DNA from: Chrysomallon squamiferum
Taxonomy: Eukaryota > Animalia > Mollusca
Direction: 5' to 3'
Assembly (NCBI GenBank): GCA_012295275.1
Contig: CM022672.1
Location: forward strand, 19,468,001-19,532,000
DNA length: 64,000 nucleotides
The notes beneath the pieces were generated by a model. It had not been told where the DNA came from and did no database searches. It saw nothing but the letters and a program-made list of their open reading frames with translations. The translations under genes and the position numbers were made by a program. Below are positions 1-14,500 of the stretch, in pieces. Each line of letters starts with the position of its first letter. The first letter of the stretch is position 1.

Positions 1-3000
1 TATCGCAACTGTCAGCACTACACAAGAGTTTTATCAATCATAAACTAGGCAGAATAACGAGCCAATCGATGAACACATTTCACCATGCTCCCACTTAATT
101 CCAAACAAAAATGTCTAAAAGAAATTAACTCAGATGAGAAGATTTTTTTATTTTATTTTATTTTTTTTATATAATATATATATAGAAGAAGAAGAAAAAT
201 GTCCATTTAGAAAGAGAAAGATTCATGTTTTTTTCTTTATCCCTTTGGATATTGCTGACTGCATGTGGCCAATATCATTATCTCTGCTACGTGACAGACA
301 GACAGACACTCGGGGAAGGTGTGAAGAAAGAGAAGTGAGGAACTTGGAAGAGAATATCAGTTTTATTGTGTGCAAGACTGTTCCGAGATCGGTGCATGTT
401 TCTGACAGTATCTGCAGTTCTCATTACCACAACACTGATCAATGGAAGAAACAAATGAATGGTTCATAAAACAAACATCAAAATTACATAACATCGGCAT
501 CTTTACTGGTGGAACAGGAAAAGGCTATTAATCAACCCAAATATTACTCCTGTGTTTTTTTTTGTGGATATTTACAAGTTTAATGGGGCAAGAAATTCAG
601 ACAAGTTATCCATTAAAATAACCTTTACATTTCTGGGTGAAAATTATTCTGCATGATGCAGAAATTAAAATACATTTTAAATGATGTCAAATAGAGACAA
701 AAATGCTGGTTCAAATTTAGAAGATAACAGTAACCAAGAATAAGAAAGGGAAAGTTGTAATACAGTAGCAGCATTCACATAAACAAACTTGGAGACATGA
801 ATTTTAACTTGATTCCTTTGCAGACACTCCAAAAAGAAGAAGAAGAGAAAAAAGAAAAAGAAAATAAACAATCACCACAACCAACGACTTCAAATTGAAA
901 CTCTTGTTTGGATTCTAATTTAACTTAATTTTTTTTTTTTTTTTTTTTTCAATGCTGATACCATTTCCTTCCTTCTTATTTCAGCAATCAATATATCATC
1001 ATGCACTGTTCATTTCACTAACATCTACATCACTCATTAACGTAACCACGTTATAAAACAATTTAAAAAAAAAAACATCACAGTTTAAGAATACATCACA
1101 ATCACAGACATTGCTCTACAAAAGATATGATTTTTGTTACAAGACTGGCAAAACGCCAAAGCAGTAAAAGCCATCTGCAGTTTAGCACAGCAGATAAAAG
1201 ATTTTTCAAGTAACACACAAGAAACCTTATATTGACATTAATGGGCTGTGGCATGCAAAAGATCCTCTCCTCTGTTTGGAAATAACTCGATAAACTGCAC
1301 CCACATTCTGCAGCAAAATCTATTACACAAATGTTATTGCATTATCTCATAACCAAACATCAGCAGCCACCGATGTGCCCGTAATAATAATTTAAAAAAA
1401 TAAAAAGTGAAAAATGAAAGAAGAAGCTTGTGATCAAGAAACTGCAGGGTAAAATGTCTGTGAGCACTTCCAGCAGACTTGGTACTTGCAACATATTAAA
1501 GACAGAATATGATTAAACATCTTTTAGAGACTAAAATTAAAAATGTCTTTGTTTTTACAAAAACTAAAGATAAAAGTTTTTCACTTAAATCAGAAGGATG
1601 AAAGAAATATTAAACATTACATATAATTCAATATCTTAAATCGTTTTCAAAGTTTTTAAAAAGAAACTTTGTCAATGTTCAATGGAACATTTCAAAAACA
1701 ATTTTTACAAGGTGAAACAAAATTCATGCAGTTTGCATATATTAAAAATATAAAAATGACAAAAAAAAGTCATGAACATTATAAAGCTAATGGCTGGAAG
1801 TCAAATTTTCTCAGTTTTTTTTTTTCTGTGAAAACTCAAGAAAACTGAGGATGAAGTGTAAGAAGTTCATAGTTTAACTGATAAATGATACAGGTTTTTA
1901 TCAGACTTCACAACAAAAGTAGACACTTCAAAGATCAAAACATACCTTAGATCTTATTTACAATGGACTTGATCTGTTTGCCAGAATCTTGCAAAAAGGC
2001 CTTTGGGCTTCTACTGGTGACAAAACACACAGCATTTACAAACCACAAAGTTATTTTTACTCATACAAAAAACAACAAAAAAAACATCTATACCCAAAAT
2101 ATAAATAGAATTAAAAGTTTCAGAGTTTTATTTAATTGATTTTAATATTTTTTCAGCACAAATGTATATGTGCATGGAATATTATAAATGTCATCATATT
2201 CTTGTGTTTCTATATTTTTTTTAAAATATGGATTTTTATATTCTGCCATACAGTTCTATGTAACTAAATGTCTCAGAGGCAAAAATGAATGCAGACAAAA
2301 ACATCACTTGATGTTGTATTTACTAAGTATATGAAACCGTTACTTATTAACACTTTCATTGAAATTCAGTTTGTAAAAGAATAATTGTTCATTTTGATAC
2401 CAGTTGCAATCAGTTTACATCTGTTCCAAAGAACGCCAGAAGAATGGTTCACTTAATTTAATACTAATAATAATAATAATAATCAATATGCTAGTTTTAG
2501 AACATAAGAACATCGAATGTCTGGCAAAAAATCAAGACATCTATCATCTGAGGTTAGTCTCATATTAATCATCGTGAGATAAGCTTCAGACATTTTGACA
2601 ACTTAATATTGATGTGAGCTGGACTAACAAAATCTACGGATACTCGGTTGTCAATAGCAATAACGATAATGATTTGTAAATAAAACCCCAAGTGTCCTAT
2701 AGGTGATATTATATCATTATTTCATTAAAACTCATTAAGAAATTGTTTCCATAAAAAGATAATAACATAATGTGAAACTGATATTTACAGAATATTTGTT
2801 AAGATTAGTGGTCTCACAATTGATCGTTTTATTTCTGTTACTGGACTTGGGCTTGGGTTTAAAATTCAGTGCAGTAAATATTTTCTTCACAGTGAAGTTC
2901 TGGATTTCTGATGCCACTTTAATATCCATATGTTCATGGGTATATGTGTACACACACACACACACACACACACACAATTTTTGTAAAGAAGCTTGGAAGA

Positions 3001-6000
3001 AATTTTGTCTGATAAATTAATATCTATTGCCAAAAGGTGTTTTTCTTGTGTTATTTTCTTAAGTAATAAACGCTTGTAAAAACAATTTAAGAAAAACTGC
3101 TGTATTCCTTTATTAAACAAAGTTGATATACAACTACTTTTATGTAGTTGCTAAATTAAGTTTCCTGTCTCAGTTACCAACTTAAAGTCGAAACAAGTTA
3201 TTTCTGTGATAATAGTTTAACATTTTTCATTAATATGTTTTACAATAAAGCCAAATATCACTGAAAAACACAAAAAAAAATCTTGATTTTATCTCTACAT
3301 TTTGTAATAACAGCAATGGGACAAGGTACTAGCCAATATATCATATGCCAATATACCTCACACTATTTGTCCTTCGAATATCACAGAGATTTTATTGAAA
3401 GAGGATAAAGCAGCTGTAATACAAAATCAATAACAATCGTGAGGATATCTCTCTAAATATTTGAATTCTTTCACACTAATATGACTTTTCCTGGCTTTAT
3501 GAATTAATGCCTGCAGATCATGACAATCTGGCAGGGACTATTATTTAGACTCATTCTGCTGACAATTAACAGCAGGATGCAGAAAATTCAACCTGTTGAG
3601 ACACCACCCTTCGAATAAGAGGTTAAGCCTCTCCAGCTGGACTCGTAGGAAATTAAAGGAGTTCAATCATTTTTGGTCAACTTTATTACTTCCAATGATG
3701 CCAAGTCAAGAATGGTGCTTCACTTTCTCATGCATAATGGATTTCTACTTGGTGGGTAGCAACAATATTTTTCAAGTAGAAGATAATTTAAAACTTCATT
3801 GCAGTCGCTGAGAGAAATCATTATTGCATAAATGATTACTAAGCGCTTTAACCTGATTGATAACAACATGAGTTGTTAACGACATTGTGTTTGTGATGAC
3901 AGGAAGAGCAATTTTAAATAACGCAATTGATGAGGACAAACAGAGTACAGTGACTTATGATCAAATAAAACCTTGTGCGTGCAAACCACAGATTGACTTC
4001 GGTTCGGAAAATTGCCACCGCTTCCTGAAACGGCTCACATCAAATAACTGACAGTTATGAAAGACTTCATCGTAGTTTGGCATGTGGAACAAATTACTCT
4101 ACAGAAATCTTACATTTTGTTGTGTCACAGTAGTCAGAAGAAGGCTTTGAGAAGTTATTATAAAGTTCATATTTGTTTCATTTGTTCAAACAAAAAATGT
4201 TTTGCTGTTAAAATATTTGTATAAATACAGTTTAAAACTGTTGATGTTTTGACCCTCCCAAAAAAACAACATTTTTTTATAAAATATATTAACTAATAAA
4301 TAATAATGTAAGACATACATAAATTTTGACTGTCAAATGATGTATAGAAATTTTTAAAATAATAAAGACTAATAAAATGTTAAACTTTATTATTCTGTCA
4401 CTGGATATGAAGAACTTGTGCAAATATATGAATAACGGTTCAAAATGATTGCCAGAAATTCAGTCAATATGCATTTAATCATTTTTTTATTTTATTACTA
4501 GTACTGTCTTGAAGTCTTATTCTCTCACCAGCAAGTCTGTACTAGAAAACAAAACAAGTTTCTAATATCTAGCACATCAACAAGTCTAACAAAATTAACA
4601 ACTGTCATTATTCTTCTTCCTCTCCATGTACACGAATGCCAATCACAACCTAAACAATATGCAGACTGGAGTTTAGAAGCCAATTACGAGGACAGTGGTC
4701 AATCAGTCACAGTTCTGACTGGACACTTGCAGTGTGTTACCAATTATGTAGATTTTTTTTTATGAAGTTTATTAAATTGAAGAAAGATCCAAAGTGGCTC
4801 GCAGCTGTGCAGAGAGGAAGCTGTGAGGATGTCAGTACCTGCTGTACTGTAATCAGAGATTAATTCAACATCTACACAATCATTTCCCTTACTTCTGCAA
4901 TCTGTGGGAAGTCTTTAATTAAATATTCTTAATGTCTTCCAGCGTCTTTTGGTTAAGAAGCAGGTCACAGTATGGTTAAATGGTCAAGGCAAGCAGATAT
5001 TGAAACAACAAATAAACTGTGATGATCAATATTAAATCAGTGATGACTACATATTCTGGTAGTGAGGAGATGAATTAGCAATAAAACATAAAGGAAAAAA
5101 AGCCTCCTCCCCCAAAAAAAAACTTTCATTCTTTCCTACATATCCACATATGAAAAGAGAAAGAAAAAAAATAATTCCAACCATGAATATTCAACATAAA
5201 AGTCAGATGTTAAACCTGTTTGTGAAAAATAATTGGACTGCAACATCTTTGAACTGCAGTTGAAGTTAAACATTAACTTCAGCTTAAAATTAAATTTAGA
5301 ATAAAATTACTTGAACTGTGCTTGCTTTCACTTTTTGTCACCTTTCCCAGAGCGAGAAATGTAGCAATGTTAGACTTGAACTCTTTGATGCTGCAGCTTA
5401 TTACTTCACACTGGCACTTCTAATAGAACTTGCACAATAAGAGAACAACATTTAAAACATATAAAAGAAACAGAAAAAAAAAAAAAATATGTAACACTCA
5501 GTTTTAAGTGGCTGGGATTTTGGAAATGTTGGACTGAGCAATCAGTGAAGAATGTCAACAACAATAAAAATGCCACTTAAGAGTAAAACTGCTGCGTATT
5601 TCAGCCATTCTCAGTAACACACGAATGATGGAAAGCAGTTAGTCAGGACAAAAGACATTAATTTTTGGCAGCAGACATGATGTGGATACCTAGGACAAGT
5701 AATGAAGAACAATTTGTGAAGCGATCTCATTTCAGACTGATGCCTGAAACAAGAGTGTGGTCTCAGAGGGCTTTAAAGATTGACGATAAAACAAGTCTGA
5801 GGAAGCTGGACAGTGATGGTCAATCTATATCCAGTTATCAAGCATACAGACATCAATAAGATAAATGTTATGACTCTATGACTTCAACTCTGTCTGTGTC
5901 TACACTTTTGTTCATTAGACAGCCTCTGTTTTTATTTGTCCTGTTGGAGAGATTTACGAGTATCCGATTTCAACAACACAGATTAAAACTACATCCTAGA

Positions 6001-6482
6001 ATGTAGTTACAGCACATAATGAAATTAAAAGTATGTTGTTAAAATAATAATAATAATAATAACAATAAGTCCAGAAGGTATCAAGACATACAAAGATTCT
6101 GCAGTCTGTGATGAATATTTTGGCATATGCTGTTAGAAGAATATTCAATGGATATAAAGATGCCATGACTTCCTAACTCTGTTTCATGATTCAAAATGCA
6201 TGCAAACGAAGAATAAACAGCCTGCCAAACAAGGTTTTCACAACACTACTGTTCAGGCTATTGTCAACTGTCCTAGCCAACTGCCATACCAAAGATACTG
6301 GCAGAAGTGATCAATGAATATGTATGACATCTGCATTCAGATCATATCTATGCATGCAAAACAATAAAAACACTGTCTGGAACATTCACTTACACAATGT
6401 AAACAAAAGACACCGACGTCTGTCTTATCTTTAAATGATAATTTTGGCAATTTTCTTAACTTTCAATTTCCTACCAAATTTT

Positions 6483-6526
<44 letters not shown>

Positions 6527-9500
6527 TTCACAGGCAAACACAAACATGTTTATTTCATATGTACACAAAATAAATGTATATAATGTAAACAATATATTTA
6601 CACAAACAAACCACACAGTTTATCATCATGCTGTATTCTTTTATTTTTTTATGTTATATTTTCTACATTTATCATTTTATACTTTTCATCTTTCCTTTTT
6701 TTCTATTTTTATTTATTTTAAATTTTTTTTTAAAACCCATTAAGTTTGGCAATTTTTCCATTTCTGTTAGATGAAAAGAATTCAGTTTCACAAGTAAATA
6801 AGATTTCAGAAATTCTTGGACAACTAGAACGATCTTTAATCTTGGGACTATTTATTATTTTTATAAAAAAAAAGAAAAAAGGTCATTATTTTCCCTTCCT
6901 TTGAACACATTTCTACATAAAGGGAAAAAGTTTCACATATTTTTGTAGCTGAACTGGTCTGAATGATAATTAAAAACATTCACAGATACAGAACAAGTAA
7001 ACACTGGATTCTGTAATACAGCTCAAGTGTAGCATTTCAGATCTGACATTTTTCTAATGTAAGACAGTAGTATGTCTTCACTGTACATTGTTATTGTTAG
7101 TCTGTAAGTTATTTATAAAATGCTTGGAATTGTGCTGGTATCTAATTAACGCAGAAGTCAACACCTGAATATGAAATGTTGTATTGAGGCTGCTTTCACT
7201 GAAAAACACTGATGATGTCTTTTAAAATGTTGATAAAATTGGCTAAGATGCACTGCTTCTAATTGGATTAAAGTGTACCCATGGGGCAAGTGGTATAACA
7301 GTTTAAATACACTATCTATACTTCCATCGTACTGAAACATTTGTATCTAATGGCCAAAGTCTGTTAATAAAACAGTAGAACAACAAAATATTGCTGTCTC
7401 CAAATTTCAACTCTGCAGCCATTTTACCCATTTGGAGATTTAGCAGCATTATATAACAGTGTGGACTGTAGGTTACTTCACTAGAGTTCTAAATATAAAA
7501 AAAAAAAAAAAAACAGTAAGATGGAAGCTTAACCAATGGATTTAAGCCATTATTTCGTCGCTCTGCAGGTACACTTTAATAGAACATGATGGCCTTTTGA
7601 TTAACATTCACTGCAGGATGCAGTTTTTAAGAAGGACAGAGATGTCAAATATAATCACAGGTCTTCCAGATATCATCAGTATCAGTCGTGTCACTAGCAC
7701 CAATAATCCTTTGACGTTACTCACACAAAAGAGTGATGAAGCTCCACTTTGAAGTCAACTTGAATCAGACCAAACAGAACTGGTTGATTGAGAAACAACC
7801 AGTCTAGCTCTGACTGAGGAGGAAAGCACAAACAGAAATCATTGGCAAAAGGTTACTTTCAAGTGCTCACAGATTAAACATATTCTTTCTCTTCTGTGTT
7901 TGGATTGTACACATGTGTGATCTCATTTTTACACTAATGTAGTAACTCTCTGAATGATCTTACTGCGTTTATAAAGAAATTAACTCTGACCATGTTTCAA
8001 GCATAGCCTGTAATATAGAAAATTGAAACTAAGTCATTCAAAATTGTATAGTACCTTCAAAACTGGGAATAACCTTTAAGGGCTCTGATTTGTGGACTAT
8101 TATTGTTCTCTTAAACATTTTTAAACATCTGTTTGCTGAATTAAAACACATTCACTAACAATTAGCAGACAGATGATTAAAATGATATTTTTCTTCATTC
8201 TTATCAATTACTCTTTTATCATGCAAATCAGACCTTTATATTGCTATTAAAATTCTAAATATTTTCAGCAAAAATTTACTTTTATTCATTTCTAAATAAT
8301 AAATCAGTAATTCTTCTACTTCTAATATTACTTTTAAATTAAATAAAACATAGCAGAAGACATTATGTTGGTTTGTTAAATATTTAAGAATTTAGAAGTT
8401 ATATCCACAGGATTGACCAAGTAGACAATTTACAAGCAGCACATTAATGACTAGTCTAAAGCAGGACATTCGCCTCAGACAGACAGAAAAGAACAATCTG
8501 CAAATTGATCTCGTTACAAGACACAAACATGTTCATTCTCAGTGAAAATGAAGATAGATGGCCGTCAAAACTAAACTAAATAAATCTGACCAGTGTCCAT
8601 TGAAAATTTGTATCCTGGATGATGCATCAGTCTTAATGATAGTGTACAAAAATTGGTGGTGTGTCTTAGCTTGGATTCGAACGCTGTAACCCAGACATGT
8701 AACAATTTGATGTCTGGACTGCCTCTTGTAATAAAATATAACTCAAAGCATTTTTTTACTTTTCTTCTCAAAGTCAAGAAATTCACTTACATTCTTACCC
8801 TTTAGATTTAAATATTGGTTTTTAGTGGCTGGATTTAACCATAGTTGAAGTAGGATCTCAGTAAAAACAGGGAATGACAACTGACAGTTTAAGAGGTAAC
8901 ATCAACTATAATTATTTCAGATTAAGAATCTTACATAAAAATTCATCATTAAATTTAATAAGTTAAATTATTATAGGCCCAGTTGTGTAATGTTATTTTA
9001 AGGACAAATAAATGTCAGAAGAACCTTTTATTTTCAATTTATTTTCTAATTATATATATATAAAAAAACAAGGAACTGGATACATTATACAGACACCATC
9101 TTTTGGCAATGCACATCATTTTTCTTGTATAACCAAACTTGTTACACCCACAGTTATAATACATTCTCCTCAAACCCACCCTAAATTTGTAAATTCCAAA
9201 CTTTTCTGAAATCCCAAATCTGCTGCTGCAACTGCTACCATTTTTTGTTTTTAGTGTAATTTTTAATTCTTTTCCTCAATATCTTTCAAAAGATATATTT
9301 GTACTTTCTTTCCAGAAATAAACAAACACACTAAAGGGATCTGTATTCATCAGTACAATGTCTGTAGGCATTCATATTATTGGAGCCTTGTAAAACAAGA
9401 GAACAAGAGAGAGGTATCTACCTTCTGAATTAGCTGTACAGAAGTGTGTGTCTTATGAGTGAAGTTTTAGGTTTCTCTGTTCTATAGTAACCTGCTGACA

Positions 9501-11490
9501 CAAATGCCAGCAGTAAAGACCAGGTGTTTATTTTGGTTTTACTTACAGAGAGCTCTTCACATAATTCTGCCTGCTCAATGCAAAACCTTGTAGTATTAGC
9601 AGTACTAGTGTTTCATGTAGCAGTATAGTAAGAGTCTACTGAGACACTGTTAAATGCTGACAGAAAAATCTGTTTCAAAGAACTTTTTAAAAACTGGATT
9701 TTGAAGTGTGTTTTTATGACATTATGATACTTGCTGGGTAAAGACTGAGATGATTATACATACACACTTATACATGCATACACACACACTCTTATACATG
9801 CATACACATACACAAGTATGTATGTATACATATGTATATGTAGGGAAATTATAGATGAAACAAAACCATGTTCACAGAAAAATACAAAATAAAAATGTCC
9901 AGATGACAAAAATCCAAATCTAAAATGAAACAGCAGTTATAGCATTCAGCAATAAACATATTTCAGCAGTTAAAATGCAATATGAAAAATAAAAATTAAA
10001 TTTTGTTATTCTTCAATCTTCTGTGTGTACAAGCAAATTCAGACATTTGTTAGTGTTACCTCCTTAATCATGCCTGATATAACAAAGCTGATTATAACCA
10101 GTTAAGCAAATTCAAGAACACAGCAGCAACTGGTCCATCATGAATATAGATCAGAAAATATAGCAGACCTCATCAACTTCACAAATAGTGTTAGAAACTG
10201 TCGGTAATCAATATCAAATCAGACATGAAAAGTTGAAAAATTGTGAGGATTTGCAGCATCAAAATAAAATGCACATTAAATGGAAAGCCAAATTCAGCAA
10301 TTCATGTTTTGAAATTTTCTCCACATAAAAAATACAGCATATTCATGTAAAAGTAACTTTTTTCCTTTTTTTTCAATGTCTCTAAAATCCTACTGGGAAG
10401 ATTTCTTTGATGTTATCAGCAGCTGTTCCAAGTTCTAACTGCACATACCTAATCAGATCTACGTCAAATTCATGTTTTCAAGACTTTCTGGCTGCAGTGT
10501 CAATAAGTTAATCAATACTAGGACAAGCACACAGCCCTAAAACACACCTGATGTAAAATGATGTTGAAAGTCATGAGGCAACCAATTTCAATGGGCTATA
10601 TTTAAAACGTTAATGAACAGAAAGAAGAAGAAAAAGGGTGAAAATAATAATACTAAAAAAAAGAGATGATGCTTGATTCAAAGCATATTATGTAATATAA
10701 GTAATAATATAACATTTACTGGATTTTTGAAATATGTTTAACTATAGAAAAGAATTAAAAAATTATTATTATGTTGCTGTTGATTTTTTGTATTTTTACA
10801 GACATAGAACACAATTTTTTATTTGACTTGATTTTATACACGTTGCCAAGAACCAGACAAGAAATGAGAGAAATACAGCAGGATCTGTTTCACAATTAGC
10901 AGACTGCAGTTATTTTTATGCACATTCCCATAGATAGAAAGCACATGCTGAGTCTTTTTATAAATCTATCATGAGGCTAAATTAACAGGCATAAAATAAT
11001 TATACTGACAACTTCAAGTTTTTGCTTGTTAATAATTATGGGGTTTTTTTTTAAATGGTTTTTAACATTTTTGGAAATTCTGCAATTCAAAACATTTATT
11101 ATAATGAAGGAATACATTCCAAGATAAAAATATGGATTGCTTGTCAGATACTGCTACTAGTATTTGATACTTTCACAGTGAATTATATTTTGAAATTTTT
11201 AACTGCTGCTATAAAAGGAATAAAAAAACATGGAAGCACATCTTTATAAACAGTCAAACGAGACACACTTTAGACTGACTTAATCTGCAGCACATATTTA
11301 TGTAAATTAAGTTCATCAATTCCACCTTGAAGCCAACACTGTCACCAAAGTGCAAAGCACATTTTACAAATGATTTCCCTAAAGGCCATTAAAGTCAATA
11401 GATTTGTCAACCTTTGACGGTTTGATTATGCAACTGACACTCCATCATATCTGTGTTTCTGTGAAAAATAAAATTTTCTAGGCTGAATGT

Positions 11491-11574
<84 letters not shown>

Positions 11575-14500
11575 GCATGTACATGTGTATTAACAATTTT
11601 AAGAAATGCAATATTTTGTTCACATTACCAAAAATCTTGTAAAATATGTTTATTAAGTTTCACCATATGTATTTTTTTTAAATTATAGGTCTTTGACTGT
11701 GTTTCCCAGACAAGATAATAAATAAAAATACTAATTATCTAGATAAAGGACTTTTTCAAATCACTTCTTGGACCGAAATCCATATTCTTAAAAATCCACA
11801 GATGTTATTTTCATTAATTTCATTTTAAAATTAAAATAAATAAAACGGTTAGAAAGAGAATGTATAAATTATATGTGATTTAAAAGTTGTCTAAGAAACA
11901 TTAATCATATCAAATCACAAAGAAGTTATCTGTAAAAAATAACAAAGCAATGTGTAAAATGAAGCAAAATTTATTATAAAAATACATTCCTTGAAAAACT
12001 GGCACTCCTGATCAACATAGTCTTCTAACAGAATAAATTTCCAATTATTCTAACCACCAGTTTTATTAAATTCAGAAAGAGATATCATTTTCTTTACAGC
12101 TTCCAAACTGGCTGAAATAAATTTGCAATTAACCTTATGCATATGAAACAGCCTTACGCAAGTAAATTGTTTCGTCAATGATTTGTATTAGCCAATAATT
12201 CTGATCTCTAGGCATCTGGAAGATATGTGATGGATAAAAACATATAGTTCATCAGTCTTTATTGACAATCTACCAACATTAAGATTACAGGACGAAAGTA
12301 AGTGTAATAGATGTAATAACAAATCGATGATTGAATTTTGTAATGGAATGCATATTCCAGAGATTAGTAAATAGAGAAAACTTCGTTTTGAATATCCTTT
12401 CCTAAATGTTAACATTTTTACAGAACATTAATGTCAGTGTGTATTTGCAACTTTTGGATTGTGCAAGAATTGAAATCTTACATAAAAAAGAAAAAGTAAT
12501 ATGTTAAAAAAATTAAAGAAGAAAAGAAATACATGTAACAGTTTATTTCTGGGGGATGTTCCACATTTTAAAATGTGTTATTAAATAAAACCAGTGAGTA
12601 AACAATTCATTCCACCTGAACAGTTAGAGCAAACAAGAATTCAAAAAACAAACCAAACTAAACAAAAATTAAAAAAAACACAATAAAAACAAAAACAAGA
12701 AAGAAAATTCTAGGAATGTAATAAAAAACAAAATAAAACTAACAGCTGACAAGAACCTTTCTAAAAGTTCACATTTGTGGTTTTTGGAATTCAGCATTCA
12801 GTTAATGTTGTTAATGCTTCTTGCAGATAAACAAGATGCAGTGACGGTAAAAGTACTGCAGCAACACAGGCAAGATTTCAGGCTATATCAGTTCTTTCCT
12901 GGGGACTCTAGGTAAACAATAGAGAGGAATACATTGCATACAATAACAAGTCTTTATTATTTCTGGAACATGGATGTTTTCTTACATGCATGATGCCAGG
13001 CAGCCATTCTCATACTTTTACCAGGAAAGATAATGTTCCTTTTGTCAGTAAACTTTTGCTGCTGCAATCTCAATGAATTCTATAAAAGAGAAACAACTAT
13101 CCTGACTATGACTGCTGAGCCTGAGGTGAGGACCATAGTGATTGTTATTGTGACCATTGAAAATATTCCATTGAGGCTTTATCAGACCATTAACAATAGG
13201 AGAATCAGGAGAAATGATTTACCTGTCAGACAAGCAAAACAGCGATGCTTTTCAGTCACACTCTGAAGACTACTTCAACATTAGTAGACCAATATTTCAG
13301 ATAGGGAAATAAAAATAATGGACAGACTCCCGGTAGTGCAGTAATGGGAAAGTTTGGCAGCCATCAGGTTTGAACAGCAGACTGTAATCCACTTCTAATG
13401 GAGATTCCAATAAAGCTTTGATAGGGAATTATAGATAAGTAAAGCTAATAAAGACTCTATCAAGATCCTCCACACCAGATGAACGACTTCTTCATCAGAC
13501 AATGCTTCCAGCCTAGCCTAGCACACTTCCTAATTTAACCCTGAATTACTTCACACACAGGACAGCTTATCACTCAAAATTAACTATTAAAACAAGTCAT
13601 TAAAGTTTATACTTTTAACAAAAATAAAAAAAAGACAAAAAATACAAAAAAAACAATCTTATTAAAATTACTTAATCCCAACTCTCAAAATAGTGAATGC
13701 AAAGTACAATTCTACAGTAAATTTAATTCAACGATGACAAAATATTTTCTATACCATACTATGTTTTCAAATTAATTTATGTGAAATATGGATGGAACAG
13801 AACTGCTGTCTTTAACTGAAGAGTACAAACAAACACCATCATCATCTTACAATCCCCATACACAACATACACATTGATACCTGATTTAAACAAGTTAGCA
13901 AATACAGTCAGGAGACACTTCAGACAAAAGATCAAATTAAAAGTGAATGTAGTGCTTCATTTAGGGTAATGCATAAACAAAGGTCTTGTCACAGAATAAA
14001 TGAAACCCCACAAAATACCAACATGTTGCCCAAAATAAAACATTCAAATTAACTCAAGACATATGAACAAGAATTTGTTTTCCAATAGCTGCTTTCAACT
14101 GCTAAAAGTTCTATAGTTCAATACTATGTTCACAAATCTAAACAACAGTATATGAGCTTGATTAAATCTTTGGTCAGATATTGGCTATTATTTTATATCA
14201 TTTTGTACATCAGAGACAGAAAGATAAAACTAGATTAAAATATTATTATTTATTAGAACAGATTTGCTATTTTTAACAAATTGACAGTAATTCTGGTTAA
14301 TAAAACATATTCAATTACACAGCCATATTTGATTTAGGTTACAAATTTGCAAGAGTACAAATATATCTTTGTAAAACAGGTAAGTGAGATGTTAATGTAA
14401 CCAGTGAAATTACATGTGTATTGTAACATAAAATGTCTTTTGTTTACATATATCTCAGATTTAGGTTACCAGAATAGTCTGCTGCACTGTTCACAAGCTA

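Noticed and set aside
134-469. 111-aa plus-strand ORF
   Set aside because: Low-complexity N-terminus, no recognisable motif and no partner exons.
8660-8725. tRNA-like B-box (GTTCGAATCC on the minus strand) with a CCAGACAT/ATGTCTGG hairpin
   Set aside because: No A-box, D-arm or acceptor stem, and the T-stem does not pair. At most a decayed SINE head.
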